Positions 48,519 to 58,269 of a stretch of 64,000 nt of DNA are shown here, one piece after another. Both the position numbers and the translations under genes were made by a program. The stretch is taken from contig RDOB01000004.1 in NCBI GenBank assembly GCA_011364965.1, positions 180,369-244,368 of the forward strand, read 5' to 3'. Every line of letters starts with the position of its first letter. The first letter of the stretch is position 1. This DNA is from Candidatus Heimdallarchaeota archaeon (lineage in GTDB: Archaea; Asgardarchaeota; Heimdallarchaeia; Hodarchaeales; Hodarchaeaceae). Under the pieces are notes generated by a model. That model made no database searches. It saw only the letters and a program-made list of their open reading frames with translations, and had not been told where the DNA came from.

Positions 48519-49546
48519 GCTAAAGAGTCCTCAGCTAATTATGCGCAGAAGGGAATTATAAGCAAAATAACATTGACGTAATACATCTTAAGAAATCCCT
48601 CTTCAATCTCAACTCTCCGTTCTTTTTGATTGAAGTGGGGCTTTTAATAACCACTTTTTTCGTGTTTCTTGCAAATTCTCTCGTTTCATCCGAATTTCAT
48701 ATTTAATATTGATAAAATTGATGTCTGAAACAGATTACTATAATACTAAAAAAAAAGCACATAATTTTTTTACTTTTATCCAAGAAACCCTCCCCAATGT
48801 ATCTATCAAAATAATCTTGATAGATCAATTATGGTGGGGGTGGAGGAAAGGTGGGGCGCATATAGGCCACCAGTGTTAGTATAATTAGCCATCCAACCCA
48901 TAAAATAAGGGTTTTAAATAGTTTTCTTTCTTTTAAAAGGGTTTATGGCAGTTTAAGATGCCAGATACCACACCAGTTGGCTAATCATAAGAAAATTAAC
49001 CAGTATTCAACTAATAAGTCCATCATAGAGATGTAAGGCATGGGTGTATCCAAGTTCAAGGATGGAAAAAGGAGTAGAACTATGATTACAAGGGTAAAAG
49101 TAGGAAGAAAACTTCCCAAATAAGGCAAAATTGAGCGCTGCTTGTGAGCGATTTTGATTTTCTGATGTGCTTTTATTGTGATATAAAGCCAGATTAATGG
49201 TCATATATTAAGATAGGAAAATAGAGGAGGTAAAGAGACAACTCATTAACTAAAAAGGGAATAGAATAAAGGAAAATATGTTAAAAATAACCAAAATTCC
49301 CAATTAACTAATATAGTTGAAATTTGATGCTCTAATTCCTTTGGTATTCTGATGCTTTTAAAAAGATAGGATGTATAACAAAGCAGATGGACTCCTATCC
49401 CGCTTAACAGGATAATTACCCATTTTAGTCCGAGTTTGATCCTCTTCCCAACAGGTCTTTCATTCTGCAATTTCATCGCCTCCAGCGTTAATTCCCAAAA
49501 GATTTTTGATACTAGTTGGTAGAGAGAGTATCAGAATATTTTAAAT

Positions 49547-49625
49547 ATACCATCTACAATACCATCACAATATATATTACAATACCATCTACAAATAAGC
49601 CATATCAACCTTTAAATCAACCTTT
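49547..49625. repeat. Short tandem repeat array (about 12-bp period)
   Basis: ATACCATCTACA / ATACCATCACA / ATATATATTACA / ATACCATCTACA (49547-49593), then ATCAACCTTT x2 (49604, 49616). Confidence 0.7.
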
Positions 49626-49816
49626 TTAGTTTTCACACCAACTTTGAAGTCTAACCAACGAAATAGCTGCCCTTGACTTCCTATTGCTATAAAATAGAAT
49701 TTATTTTTTGGATGGCCTGTGAAAACAAAAGCATAAGCTTTTATAAATGTGAAAAGTAAGGATGATATTAGTGACTTAAACTACTCATAGGTCATACCCT
49801 GAGGTGAAAAATCAAA

Positions 49817-50059
49817 ATGCCGGCAGCTTTTGTATTAGTAAACGCTGAGATTGGATCAGAAGATGAAGTATTAGAAGATTTGAAGGGCACTAAAGGTGTC
49901 GTTGGCGCTTGGATTGTATATGGTGTTTATGACATTGTAGCTAAGATCGAAGCCGATACAATGGATGAACTCAAGGAGATCATCACCACAAATATTCGTG
50001 GGCTTGAAAATGTTCGCTCAACCTTGACTATGATCGTTGTTGAAGGAGCTACAGAGTAA
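49817..50059 (+). CDS. Stand-alone Lrp/AsnC ligand-binding (RAM) domain protein
   Basis: AFVL.N...G.E..V...L....V.G.YDIVAK.E......L...I...IR....V.ST.T.IV; GAGGTG RBS. Confidence 0.92.
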   Translation: MPAAFVLVNAEIGSEDEVLEDLKGTKGVVGAWIVYGVYDIVAKIEADTMDELKEIITTNIRGLENVRSTLTMIVVEGATE

Positions 50060-50233
50060 TATTCTTGGTTTATTTCTTCTAGCTGGATTCTACAGAGAGT
50101 TCTGACTCTATTAGGCCCAGACTTTATTTCTCCCTTTTTTCGTTTAACATATCAGGCTAACTTATTCCAGGTCCCAAATCTATAAATTCTATGGAGAAAA
50201 AAAGGATCTAATTCAATAATTAGAGGATTTTTT

Positions 50234-50938
50234 ATGAAACAAATAGTTGAAGGAATCTATTGGTTTCTAGGCCAAGGAATGGATAGCAACGTATATCTTA
50301 TTGAGTCTGATGGAGAGAGATTACTCATTGATTCAGGACTTTGTAGTATCGTTAATTTTGGGTATGGAGCCAATACTAGCAGTTTGGATGAGCTTGAGAG
50401 AATTATTACAGAAAAGATACTCAAACAGGTTTATCTAACACACGGACATATAGATCATGTTGGGGGAGTAATGGCTTTGCAATCAAAACATAATTTAGAG
50501 ATAACAACATTCGATAGTGAGGCAAATCAGTTAGAAAGAGGAAATTCTTCCTATATAGAACCTTTTACTCGCTCAAAATGCCAACCTATTCTAGTCAAAA
50601 CCCGAGTAAATCATGGAGATACAGTCAATGTAGGGAGGTATAACTTTCAGATTCTACATACTCCTGGTCATACCGAAGGATCCACCTCACTCTGGGAACC
50701 TGACGCACATATATTAGTAAGCGGAGATACAGTATTTCCTGAAGGTTCTTTTGGGAGAACTGACTTACCATCTGGAAATAGTAAACAATTATTAACTTCT
50801 TTGAAAAACCTCTCTAAACTTGAGGTCCATATCTTATTACCTGGACATATGCCACCAGTTATATCAGATTCGGGTTTTCCTATTACCTCAGTCAATAAAT
50901 CCTATCAGAACGCTAGGATCATGTTGTCTTATTATTGA
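50234..50938 (+). CDS. Metallo-beta-lactamase fold hydrolase (glyoxalase II-like)
   Basis: LTHGHIDHVGG, HTPGHT.GS, SGDT.F, GRTDLP.G, PGH. Confidence 0.92.
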   Translation: MKQIVEGIYWFLGQGMDSNVYLIESDGERLLIDSGLCSIVNFGYGANTSSLDELERIITEKILKQVYLTHGHIDHVGGVMALQSKHNLEITTFDSEANQLERGNSSYIEPFTRSKCQPILVKTRVNHGDTVNVGRYNFQILHTPGHTEGSTSLWEPDAHILVSGDTVFPEGSFGRTDLPSGNSKQLLTSLKNLSKLEVHILLPGHMPPVISDSGFPITSVNKSYQNARIMLSYY

Positions 50939-51430
50939 AATAACTTCATCACAGGTTTCATTTAATCGACAATCATTATTCTGAACCTCAAAAATCATAT
51001 TTTCTGGGAAAAACTCGATAGCATCGTAATACAGGATATTCATGATTTCTGCTTCAATATTTTCTTCAATTTTGTTTGTATTATAATTCCGTGCTTCTAA
51101 TCGCTTGCGCAAGTTAGGTATATGAGTACGCAAGATGATAATCAGCGATATATGTTTTGAAAGGGGAATTAAAGGCCCAACTAAACAGTTTCTGCTACTT
51201 AATTTTAATAAACCTTCTAGGTGAGGAATCAAGAGTTCCTCATCAATTATTACCGAGTCTCTAGTGATATCATAACCATAATAGAATCCTTGTTCTAATA
51301 CTTCAGTATTTATTTCCAGATAGTGCATTTTCAAGCGTTTTACGAGCTCTTTAGCCACTGTGGTTTTTCCAGTTCCGGGAATACCTGTAATATAAAGTGT
51401 AAAATCTGAAGTATTTTGCATAGGTTTCAC
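50888..51430 (-). CDS. Adenylate kinase 6 / Fap7-like ATPase
   Basis: ITG.PGTGKTT, L..RL..R.Y...KI.EN.EAE. Confidence 0.88.
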   Translation of the reverse strand: MKPMQNTSDFTLYITGIPGTGKTTVAKELVKRLKMHYLEINTEVLEQGFYYGYDITRDSVIIDEELLIPHLEGLLKLSSRNCLVGPLIPLSKHISLIIILRTHIPNLRKRLEARNYNTNKIEENIEAEIMNILYYDAIEFFPENMIFEVQNNDCRLNETCDEVISIIRQHDPSVLIGFID

Positions 51431-51536
51431 TAGTGACGAGTTAAATGATGATTTGAATTTCTAAGTCTTTAAAACTTTCTTTCCAATAGAAGCATTTGAA
51501 AGCATTTAAACAAGTAATTTGGTCAGGGTTTTTATC

Positions 51537-54014
51537 GTGGGTGCAACGATTTCTATAATAGCAGAGAAACCATCTATTGCAAGATCAATAGTCCGTGCGT
51601 TCTCTATTACATTTAAATTAAAGTTCAAAGGCCACAAATCGAAATCTAGATTCAATTATGTCTATGAATCTGAAATTGACACACAAAAAATTGCTTTCAC
51701 TATTGAGAAAGACAAATATCGGTTGGGTAAGAGTGATGTTATTATCATTTCAAGTGTTACTGGTCATGTTCTTAATTTTGATTATCCCCCACCCTTTGAT
51801 AAAGAAACGAATTGGCAAAATTCTGATCCTTTGGATCTGATTGAGCTAGATCCAATTGAAGTGCCTATTCAGGAAAACATGATAGAACATATTCAGGATA
51901 TTGGCTATAAAACTGATGTAATCATCGTAGCTACGGATTGGGATGGGCATGGGGAAGCAATCGGACGCCAAATTGTAGAATTAATGACAAAAGTGAACAA
52001 GAAGATTCGTCATGGACGTATGCATTTCACTAGTACTAGCCCGAATGCTTTAAAGAACGCATTTGAGACTCAAACCAAGCTAAATTGGGATTGGATTAAA
52101 CAGGTTGATTCCTTAAGAAAACAGGATCTTCGAATGGGATCATCTCTTACTCGTTTTCTAACTGTTGGGATTCAGGATAAAGGAATTAGAAACCGAATTA
52201 TTTCTTATGGGCCTTGTCAAACTAGTGTTTTATGGTTAATTGCCAATCGTTATCAAGAAAATCAGGCTTTTCATCCCTCTAAATTCTGGAAAATGTCTAT
52301 TAAGTTGAATATATCTGATAATCCATTATTCTTGTACTGGAAAGGAAATCCTTCTGAAGATGAAGAAATTGTTGATTCTCTTATCAAAAAGATTGAAGAT
52401 AATCCTAAAGGAATAATTAGTGACTATAATGAGGAAAATGGATTTATTAAGAGGCCTATTCCTCTTGATACAGATACCCTTGAATCAGAATGTTCTCAGA
52501 TTTTTAGAATAAGTCCCAAATTAGTAGCTGATATTGCAGAGAAATTGTATAATAATGGATTTATCACATACCCTAGAACTGAGAGCTCTTATTATCTTGA
52601 GAAAGATTTAACAAAATTAACTGAAAAATTTCTTAATCATGAGGTATTTGGAAAGGTTGCTGAAGAATGTATTACATTAGGTGGGGTTAAAGATCCTTCT
52701 AAAGGGAGGTTTTCTAAAGACCATGAACCTATTAAGCCTGTAAAGGCGATTTCTCTTAGTGACGTTGAAAAAACCTTTTTCAAAACACCAAGAATTATCA
52801 CTAATGCTTGGAATATATATTCTTATATTGTTTGGCGATTTTTGGCAACAGTACACGTAAATGCGTCAATTGTGAACCAATATATTATGCTTAACGTAGT
52901 CTCGGAAGAATTCAATTCTGAAGGGAGGAAGATTATCGATCTAGGATTTTTTAAATTCTACCCATATAGAGAACTCAAGGTTGAAAGTATTCCTTACTTA
53001 AAGAAAGGTACTGAGCTGGTAGTTGAAGTCTTTAAGCATCATGGATATACCATCCCGCCTCCTCTTCTCTCTGAATCCGATCTAATTCGTGTGATGGCTG
53101 ACCTCAATCTCGGTACTGATGCTACGCGATCCACTCATATAGATACTGTTCAAAAGAGGAACTACACCTCAATTCAAGGTCCGAAACGAGTACTTGTACC
53201 CACAGCTTTGGGTTCAGCTTTATTTGAAGTATTAACCCAAAATGCAGAAGATCTTATTCTCCCTGAAATACGGGGAAAAGTAGAGGCCTGGACACAACAG
53301 ATTAGAGATCACGAGAAAACTCCTGAAGATGTCGACAAACTGGTTATTGAGTTAACTACGCGGGGACTTCAAAAACTAAAGAGTAATAGGGATGAGGTTT
53401 TCGACACACTTGTATCAAGCATTAAATCCATGACTGGAGTTGGAAATTATTACGGAAGATGTCCAGATTGTGAAGGAGAATTAGAATTACATCAAGGAAA
53501 AGAGGATTCAAGATTTCTAAAATGCACTAATCCATTATGTGATGCCAGCTTTCCACTTCCTAAGCGTGGCGCACTTTCTGTACTAGATCAGGAGTACCAT
53601 TGCCGAATATGCGCAAGCTCAACTCTCTTGGTTCAATCAAAAAGAGTTTATTGGTTTCTTTGTCCAGTGTGTTGGACACGAGAAGGAACAAAAGAAACAC
53701 CTTGGTTTTGTAGTGATTGCAATAGATCTGAATGCCCATTATCTGGATCTTGGAAACCCAGTACTTCCATTTGTAATCTTGGTGAATGTCCAGATTGTAA
53801 AGGGCCATTAACTCTTAATTATGAAGAAGAAAATACCCAAATCTTCTGTCAAAGTTGTAAACGAACTTGGAGAAGCCCTAATATTCGCCAAGGAGGATCA
53901 ATTACTCCTTCTATTGAGTGTTCAACCTGTGGCCGAAAAACATTGTCCGTTATCAAGCGAGGAAAAAAACCTTATCGACTTTGCGTATTTTGTTCTGTTT
54001 TTTTCTTTGATTAA
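51537..54014 (+). CDS. Type IA DNA topoisomerase (Topo III type) with extended Cys-rich zinc tail
   Basis: AEKPS.A, S..GH, ATD.D..GE.I, SYGPCQT, catalytic ITYPRT, DHEPI.P, LGT.ATR; nine Cys clusters at the C-terminus. Confidence 0.95.
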   Translation: MGATISIIAEKPSIARSIVRAFSITFKLKFKGHKSKSRFNYVYESEIDTQKIAFTIEKDKYRLGKSDVIIISSVTGHVLNFDYPPPFDKETNWQNSDPLDLIELDPIEVPIQENMIEHIQDIGYKTDVIIVATDWDGHGEAIGRQIVELMTKVNKKIRHGRMHFTSTSPNALKNAFETQTKLNWDWIKQVDSLRKQDLRMGSSLTRFLTVGIQDKGIRNRIISYGPCQTSVLWLIANRYQENQAFHPSKFWKMSIKLNISDNPLFLYWKGNPSEDEEIVDSLIKKIEDNPKGIISDYNEENGFIKRPIPLDTDTLESECSQIFRISPKLVADIAEKLYNNGFITYPRTESSYYLEKDLTKLTEKFLNHEVFGKVAEECITLGGVKDPSKGRFSKDHEPIKPVKAISLSDVEKTFFKTPRIITNAWNIYSYIVWRFLATVHVNASIVNQYIMLNVVSEEFNSEGRKIIDLGFFKFYPYRELKVESIPYLKKGTELVVEVFKHHGYTIPPPLLSESDLIRVMADLNLGTDATRSTHIDTVQKRNYTSIQGPKRVLVPTALGSALFEVLTQNAEDLILPEIRGKVEAWTQQIRDHEKTPEDVDKLVIELTTRGLQKLKSNRDEVFDTLVSSIKSMTGVGNYYGRCPDCEGELELHQGKEDSRFLKCTNPLCDASFPLPKRGALSVLDQEYHCRICASSTLLVQSKRVYWFLCPVCWTREGTKETPWFCSDCNRSECPLSGSWKPSTSICNLGECPDCKGPLTLNYEEENTQIFCQSCKRTWRSPNIRQGGSITPSIECSTCGRKTLSVIKRGKKPYRLCVFCSVFFFD

Positions 54015-54176
54015 TCCAAAAAAATAGAGTTATGTATAAGAGAGGGTGGTACTTATGATTCTCAAGCTTTTTTAATGCGAATAGTCAACTTAATACCCAA
54101 AATTCATATAAGTTATTACGAATAGTATAAAACGTTAAGATTAGCTTATGCTAACTATTGTGTTCTCATTGTCTTT

Positions 54177-56510
54177 TTGGTTATTTACTCGGTGAAAAAA
54201 GTGAGTGTGCAGAATAAACTAGGTAAAGACCCTGCTCCAAGTGCAGTACGCTACCTAGTATTAACTAGTGGCTTTACATCTTTATTAATGGCCATATCCT
54301 TCATTCCTGTTGTTCTTGGGACAAGTACCTTAAGTACAGAAGAATTAGATTTCTATCAAAATGCTATTCCTGCATTCTTCTTAATTTCTCTCTTCACTTT
54401 TGTTGAATGGTTTTTTTTAAGACGATCTCGCAAAATAACAGGTCCATATGGCTTTGCGATAGTTCTTGAAATTTTGAAGACCCTTTTATTTAACTTTGGA
54501 TCCATTCAATATACTGAAAGTGTCCCAAACGCTTCTTCATCATCATTCTTCTTGTTGCAGATCACTTCTTATGCTATTTTATTCTCGTTAGTATTAACTA
54601 AGGTTGCGAGAACCCAAATTGATCAAATTGCTCGACATGATTTAAGCAGGCAAGCATTAAACTTGCTTCCAACCTTTCTTGTCTTAGCTCTATTTTTAGG
54701 AACGTATGTTACAGAAATTACTGGATTAGGAATACCTCGACAAAGAAATACTTTTCCTGAAGAATATGAGCAGAAGGATATTAACTGGGATATGTTCAAC
54801 ACTCCTACTTGGGATGCAACTTATTTATTAGAAAATCTTCTTGATCAATTTACAGCAGGTCTTAGTGCACCTGATATACCCCTCTTTTATGTCACAAGTG
54901 GTCAAAATCCGAATCCGTTTGCTTACTGGAGGTTAGGAAGTTTAGAATTATATAAATACACTGGAAAAGCCCCTTATTCTACTGATTGGGATCCTACTGA
55001 TTCAACAAAGAGAGTTCTTACTCCTTACCAAACTGGTACTCCTTATTCTGAACCTTTACCAGAAGATTTACGAACAGCTCAATTTAATGTTCGTGTACCC
55101 TTAAACTATGAAGATTCGATTGCTGAAATCACTATTCATCCGAATTTTCCGAATTATTTGCCAGTAACTTGGAACGGGATGTACGGTTCCTATGTTGATA
55201 CAGATTCTTTTGCACTTAAAAGCGATGAAATGTCAACTGCACCATTCAGTGGTACAAACATCGCTACAACGACAAAAGAAACGAGAGAGGTTTTTCCAAA
55301 TGCTTTCGCATCTGATCTTCTGGGAGTGGATGCCAATATTCGGGTAAGTCAGACATCAAATACTTCTGGAACCTTACAATACACTGTTGATTATCAATTC
55401 CCTCAATATTCTGCAGCTGCAACTTTCTCATTAAATCGAACAGACAATGATTACCGGCAATGTGTGGATTCAGCAACTTGGTCTGCAATCAAGTCCATTT
55501 ACCTTCAATTACCAAATAAAACTGGTCAGCTTCCAAATCCATGTACGGTCTGGGGAGTGACTGGGATTGCGAATGATAATAATGATTACAGCGTTTGGGC
55601 TCCTTCTGTTTATGGAAATGCAACAGCCTGGAATGATCCCTCTCAAGATGTATTTGGTCAAGCTTTTGCCAACATGATGCAATTTCAAACACTGGGAGTA
55701 GAATTTGACCAAGAAATGTGGCTAGGGCAACAAGTTGGAGTTATGGATCATCCAGCAGAATATGAAGATTATAATGAATGGTTCTTCAGGCGAGGTGAGG
55801 GAACCTTGAAAGGTGTGTCTCTTCACTTTGCATCTTCTTACACAACAATTTGCCGTTTGCAGGGTATTCCTAGTAGAGTGGTAATTGGGTATGCAGGGGG
55901 AAATGATAGTTATTTCCCGTATAATATGATTTCATCCCGGTATTTACATGCGTGGTCGGAAGTCCTCATACCTGTTAAAGCGTATTATGATCCAGTTACT
56001 GACGATTTTGTACCTAACCATGTAGAATGGATTCCTTTTGACCCTCTTGTACCTCTTCCTGTTACTTTCATCCGAGGTGATTATGACCTTGAATCAGAGG
56101 GATTTGCACAAGCTTATCTAGAAGAACAACTCAATCCAGGATCAGTGCTGAGGCGTTGTGTTGTGAATAATAGCGCATTTGGAGAAGGCGCAACTATTAC
56201 TAATAATACTCGGATAAATGTCTCCGTCCGACTTATCTCCGTTATTCCTCCGGATCTTTGGATACCTATTCAGGGACAACAAATATCTTTTTATGTTGGA
56301 ACAGATGCTGAGAACATAACAGGAAATATATGGGAAACAGGTACATGGATTGGAAATGTTTCTACAAATTCAAGAGGAATTGCAACGCTTAATATGACAG
56401 TAAATGTCTTTCAGCTGGGGATACGTCCTGTAAAATTTTGGGCTGTTACAACGTATGCTGGACAGGTAAAATTAGCAGAATCCCTTACATATAATTTGAG
56501 TCTATTTTAA
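54177..56510 (+). CDS. Membrane-anchored transglutaminase-like (TgpA-type) protein
   Basis: About five N-terminal TMs, YWR motif, G.SLHFAS...R..GIPSRVV.GY, HAW.EV, W..FDP; many N-x-S/T sequons. Confidence 0.85.
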   Translation: MVIYSVKKVSVQNKLGKDPAPSAVRYLVLTSGFTSLLMAISFIPVVLGTSTLSTEELDFYQNAIPAFFLISLFTFVEWFFLRRSRKITGPYGFAIVLEILKTLLFNFGSIQYTESVPNASSSSFFLLQITSYAILFSLVLTKVARTQIDQIARHDLSRQALNLLPTFLVLALFLGTYVTEITGLGIPRQRNTFPEEYEQKDINWDMFNTPTWDATYLLENLLDQFTAGLSAPDIPLFYVTSGQNPNPFAYWRLGSLELYKYTGKAPYSTDWDPTDSTKRVLTPYQTGTPYSEPLPEDLRTAQFNVRVPLNYEDSIAEITIHPNFPNYLPVTWNGMYGSYVDTDSFALKSDEMSTAPFSGTNIATTTKETREVFPNAFASDLLGVDANIRVSQTSNTSGTLQYTVDYQFPQYSAAATFSLNRTDNDYRQCVDSATWSAIKSIYLQLPNKTGQLPNPCTVWGVTGIANDNNDYSVWAPSVYGNATAWNDPSQDVFGQAFANMMQFQTLGVEFDQEMWLGQQVGVMDHPAEYEDYNEWFFRRGEGTLKGVSLHFASSYTTICRLQGIPSRVVIGYAGGNDSYFPYNMISSRYLHAWSEVLIPVKAYYDPVTDDFVPNHVEWIPFDPLVPLPVTFIRGDYDLESEGFAQAYLEEQLNPGSVLRRCVVNNSAFGEGATITNNTRINVSVRLISVIPPDLWIPIQGQQISFYVGTDAENITGNIWETGTWIGNVSTNSRGIATLNMTVNVFQLGIRPVKFWAVTTYAGQVKLAESLTYNLSLF

Positions 56511-56511
56511 G

Positions 56512-56528
56512 GGGAGACTCCGTCTCCC
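56512..56528 (+). terminator. GC-rich hairpin right after the transglutaminase-like gene
   Basis: GGGAGAC-TCC-GTCTCCC. Confidence 0.45.
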
Positions 56529-56845
56529 ATTCAATGAAATCTTCTCTCATCTGAAATGTATAAGCTAATAAATAGCATGGTTAACCTAATTTTTCTTTCA
56601 ATTCTGCTTCAAAGGTCTTTCTCGTCCGAAATCTCACACAAAATGCCCTCTCTTAAGATAATTAACATATGACTCATCTCGTTCAAAATTTTTCCAAAAA
56701 CTCAATAAAAATTGGGTGACAGAATTGAAGTCATAGATATAAAAGGAAAATTAAAGTGACTTTTTCACCAAATACTCAATTAATACTTCGTTTAAAATGC
56801 TGTACGATAACGAATTGAGTGTAAAAATCGGAGTATGAAGAAATA

Positions 56846-57163
56846 ATGTCAAAAGATAAAATTTATGGATATGGGATTTTTATTGTAACGATTATCTTCT
56901 TGATTCTATACACAATTTATTTGCCTATTCAACAATACTTTGGTGCTGAACTAGCAGATTTAATTTCATTATTGAATCCTTTGAAAGTTACTCCAATGGA
57001 TGCAGTATTATGGCCTGTTTACCTTGCTACACTTATGATAGGTTTCATAATTGCTTGGATTGGGATAACTATGGCAACAACTCCTCCTCCAGAGCCAATT
57101 GACTTAGATGATTTAAATCTTGATGAAGAAGATCTAGATGATGACAAGGATGACGATGATTAA
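56846..57163 (+). CDS. Small two-TM protein with acidic tail (PIG-P/DPM2-like pattern)
   Basis: DKIYG...LY, AV..PVYL...G..M.TTPPP.PI; poly-Asp C-terminus. Confidence 0.7.
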   Translation: MSKDKIYGYGIFIVTIIFLILYTIYLPIQQYFGAELADLISLLNPLKVTPMDAVLWPVYLATLMIGFIIAWIGITMATTPPPEPIDLDDLNLDEEDLDDDKDDDD

Positions 57164-57210
57164 ATTGTCATGAGTAAAACTTTTACTCATTCTTCTTTTT
57201 ATTATTTTAT

Positions 57211-58230
57211 CTATAATCTAGGGTCGGGAATCCCTATTAAGTTATCAAGAAAGTTGGGATAGTAAATAGCTAAGAAGAATAATATCCCAATTATTGTTCC
57301 AGCCAAAATTATTTGTTTATCGAGAAATATTCTTTCAGCTCTTCTACTAGTTGCACTGTCGCTTGATACTAGAAATAAATATCTGAATATAATGAAAGAA
57401 AATAAAGGTAAGGCTAGTACAATAAAAACAGTCTCATATTTATGTCTCTCGACAAGGTAAATGAACACCGCGATGAGTTCAATAGCTGCAATCGTTGCTA
57501 AACTTTGATTTAATAACTCAGAGGAGTACATCTGAAAGACTTCTTTATGCAGATGTGCATTTTCACCCAAAACAGCTAAGTCGCCCTTTCTTTTAGCTAT
57601 AGATAGAAGCATTGCAGTAGTAAAACAGAGTATTATCAACCATGGAGAGACAGAAACATTTATCAGAACAGCTCCAGCGATTGCTCTCCAAACATAATTT
57701 ACTGAGATTGCAATAATATCCGCAAATACGATTTTTTTCAATAATAATGAGTAAACCTGACTAGTAACGAATAAACCTCCTAAAACAAGGAAGAAAGCGG
57801 TTTTGGAAGGAATAGTAATATTTGCAACCTCTAATATATCGCTAGTATAGTTGAGAAAATAAATTTCTGTGGTATTAATAGGAATAAGAAAAGTAAGCAA
57901 TATTACGCTAATAAACAAGAAGAAGGCTAATAATAATGCCTCAATTATAGATATTTTCCCGGAAGGCAGTGGACGTGTTTTTTTTTCTGGATGAAGTTTA
58001 TCCCTCTCTATATCTCTTAAATCGTTGATGAAATAATTCAAAGATGAAACAAGGCATAATATTATGAATGCGACAATGATTGGTAGCCAGAGATCCATCC
58101 TTAACATATTTTTCGAGAAAAACAATCCAAAAAAAACTAATACATTTTTATAATATTGATGAGGCCTCATAAGAGAAATTATAGCCTTTACGCGAGTAGT
58201 TAAAGTATAATCAAGTGATTCTGAGTCCAT
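57211..58230 (-). CDS. UbiA-family polyprenyl-phosphate phosphoribosyltransferase (DPPR synthase-like)
   Basis: RP.Q..KN.LVF, Y..ND..D.E.D..HP.KK.RP..SG, YS..LK, R...GA....V..S.WL, KR..D. Confidence 0.85.
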   Translation of the reverse strand: MDSESLDYTLTTRVKAIISLMRPHQYYKNVLVFFGLFFSKNMLRMDLWLPIIVAFIILCLVSSLNYFINDLRDIERDKLHPEKKTRPLPSGKISIIEALLLAFFLFISVILLTFLIPINTTEIYFLNYTSDILEVANITIPSKTAFFLVLGGLFVTSQVYSLLLKKIVFADIIAISVNYVWRAIAGAVLINVSVSPWLIILCFTTAMLLSIAKRKGDLAVLGENAHLHKEVFQMYSSELLNQSLATIAAIELIAVFIYLVERHKYETVFIVLALPLFSFIIFRYLFLVSSDSATSRRAERIFLDKQIILAGTIIGILFFLAIYYPNFLDNLIGIPDPRL

Positions 58231-58269
58231 TGAAAATCTTCATCCTTTGAAGTAATATAATTTAATGAC

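Noticed and set aside
48831-48872. tRNA 3' end (CCCCCACCA on the minus strand) as an att site or tRNA
   Set aside because: No T-loop or cloverleaf upstream, no integrase nearby
49007-49476. Two short minus-strand ORFs in the long intergenic region
   Set aside because: Low-complexity composition and no clear RBS or motif; cannot be supported as genes
49547-49625. CRISPR array
   Set aside because: Units are about 12 bp, contiguous, without spacers, and there are no cas genes
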